The notes under the pieces are model-generated. The model saw only the letters and a list, made by a program, of their open reading frames with translations, was not told the DNA's origin and made no database searches. From NCBI GenBank assembly GCA_964234715.1, contig OZ174287.1: a stretch of 64,000 nt of DNA; one strand, 5' to 3'. This stretch comes from Podarcis melisellensis (taxonomy: Eukaryota). The position numbers were made by a program, and so were the translations under genes. Of this stretch, positions 62,966-64,000 are shown piece after piece. Every line of letters begins with the position of its first letter. Position 1 is the first letter of the stretch.

Positions 62966-63327
62966 AACAAAGGGCTGAACTACAGTTGATAAAACTGAAG
63001 TATAGCCACCATTTTCAAATGTCAGTCGAGGCTGGAAACAACTATGTGCTTCAACAACAGGAAAGAAACATGGCTATTTAATTGTGTGAGCAACTCCACA
63101 ACGGAACAGGCTCTACTAAAAAACCTACGGAATCTTGGCTTGTTCACATTTTGGCTTAAGATAAGACATGTTCAGCCCAAAATGGTCACTAACTCTGCAA
63201 GAAAAAAAATGATGTGTTAATTTCCAGGGGCAGAAGAAATGTTCAATAGAGGTTTGATGGATTTCAGAATAATATCCCTTTTCAAGGTAACAGTTACTAC
63301 TTCATTTATTTCATGAGAATTAACCAT

Positions 63328-63577
63328 AGGTAAAGGTAGGTAAAGGTACCCTTGACCATTAGGTCCAGTCACGGACGACTCGAGCGCTCATCTTGCTTTA
63401 CTGGCCAAGGGAGCCGGCGTTTGTCCACAGACAGCTTCCGGGTCATCTGGCCAGCATGACTAAATTGCTTCTGGCGAACCAAGCAGTGCACAGAAACACC
63501 GTTTAGCTTCCCACCAGAGCGGTACCTATTTATCTACTTGCACTTTGACGTGCTTTCGAACTGCTAGGTGGGCAGGA
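63328..63577 (-). mobile_element. Sauria SINE, 5'-truncated
   Basis: ggtaaagg tail and cctatttatctacttgcac core are present; the head is missing. Confidence 0.8.
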
Positions 63578-63695
63578 GAACTAACTACAGAACTAGAGTA
63601 ATTGATTTGACTTTCTCTTTTCCAGACCCTTAATTTCTAAGCTTATCAGTGAAACCGTGAACCTCCATCATGCAGTTTCTGCTTCTACCTATGTA

Positions 63696-63944
63696 GAAGC
63701 CAGTGTGGTGTAGTGGTTAAGAGCGGTAGTCTCGTAATCTGGTGAACCGGGTTTGATTCCCCGCTCCTCCACATGCAGCTGCTGGGTGACCTTGGGCCAG
63801 TCACACTTCTTTGAAGTCTCTCAGCCCCACTCACCTCACAGAGTGTTTGTTGTGGGGGAGGAAGGGAAAGGAGAATGTTAGCCGCTTTGAGACTCCTGAA
63901 GGGGAGTGAAAGGCGGGATATCAAATCCAAACTCTTCTTCTTCT
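63696..63944 (+). mobile_element. Squam3-like SINE in a TOP2A intron
   Basis: Same family in forward orientation, with a (CTT)n tail. Confidence 0.85.
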
Positions 63945-64000
63945 AGTGTAAGCCAGAACCAAAGACCTTTTGGGGCACTTATAGTAATGCCACTGAATAC

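Overview
Vertebrate genomic DNA from a squamate reptile, most likely a lacertid lizard (Sauria SINEs, Squam3-like SINEs, BovB/CR1/L2 fragments). The window holds the conserved RARA(+)-GJD3(-)-TOP2A(-) block, in the same order and orientation as human 17q21.2. It starts inside RARA intron 2 and contains RARA coding exons 3-9 (22292-37907; human numbering, all GT-AG, exon sizes 149/142/161/177/205/159/215 nt). The isoform-specific N-terminal exons were not found and probably lie upstream. It also contains the complete single-exon GJD3 connexin ORF (51051-50134, 305 aa) and the last two coding exons of TOP2A. The rest is intronic or intergenic and rich in SINEs, LINE ends, hAT and Tc1/mariner-type MITEs, LTR-like sequence and microsatellites. 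I found no new protein-coding system. The best leads are: (1) a sense-oriented LTR-like poly(A) signal in the last RARA intron that could yield an AF-2-less receptor; (2) loss of both signature extracellular-loop prolines in GJD3; (3) a perfect DR2 retinoic-acid response element inside RARA made from a BovB tail; (4) a 136-bp MITE family whose two arms co-vary between copies, one copy having an inverted flank instead of a TSD; (5) a candidate GJD3 promoter and non-coding exon 1.
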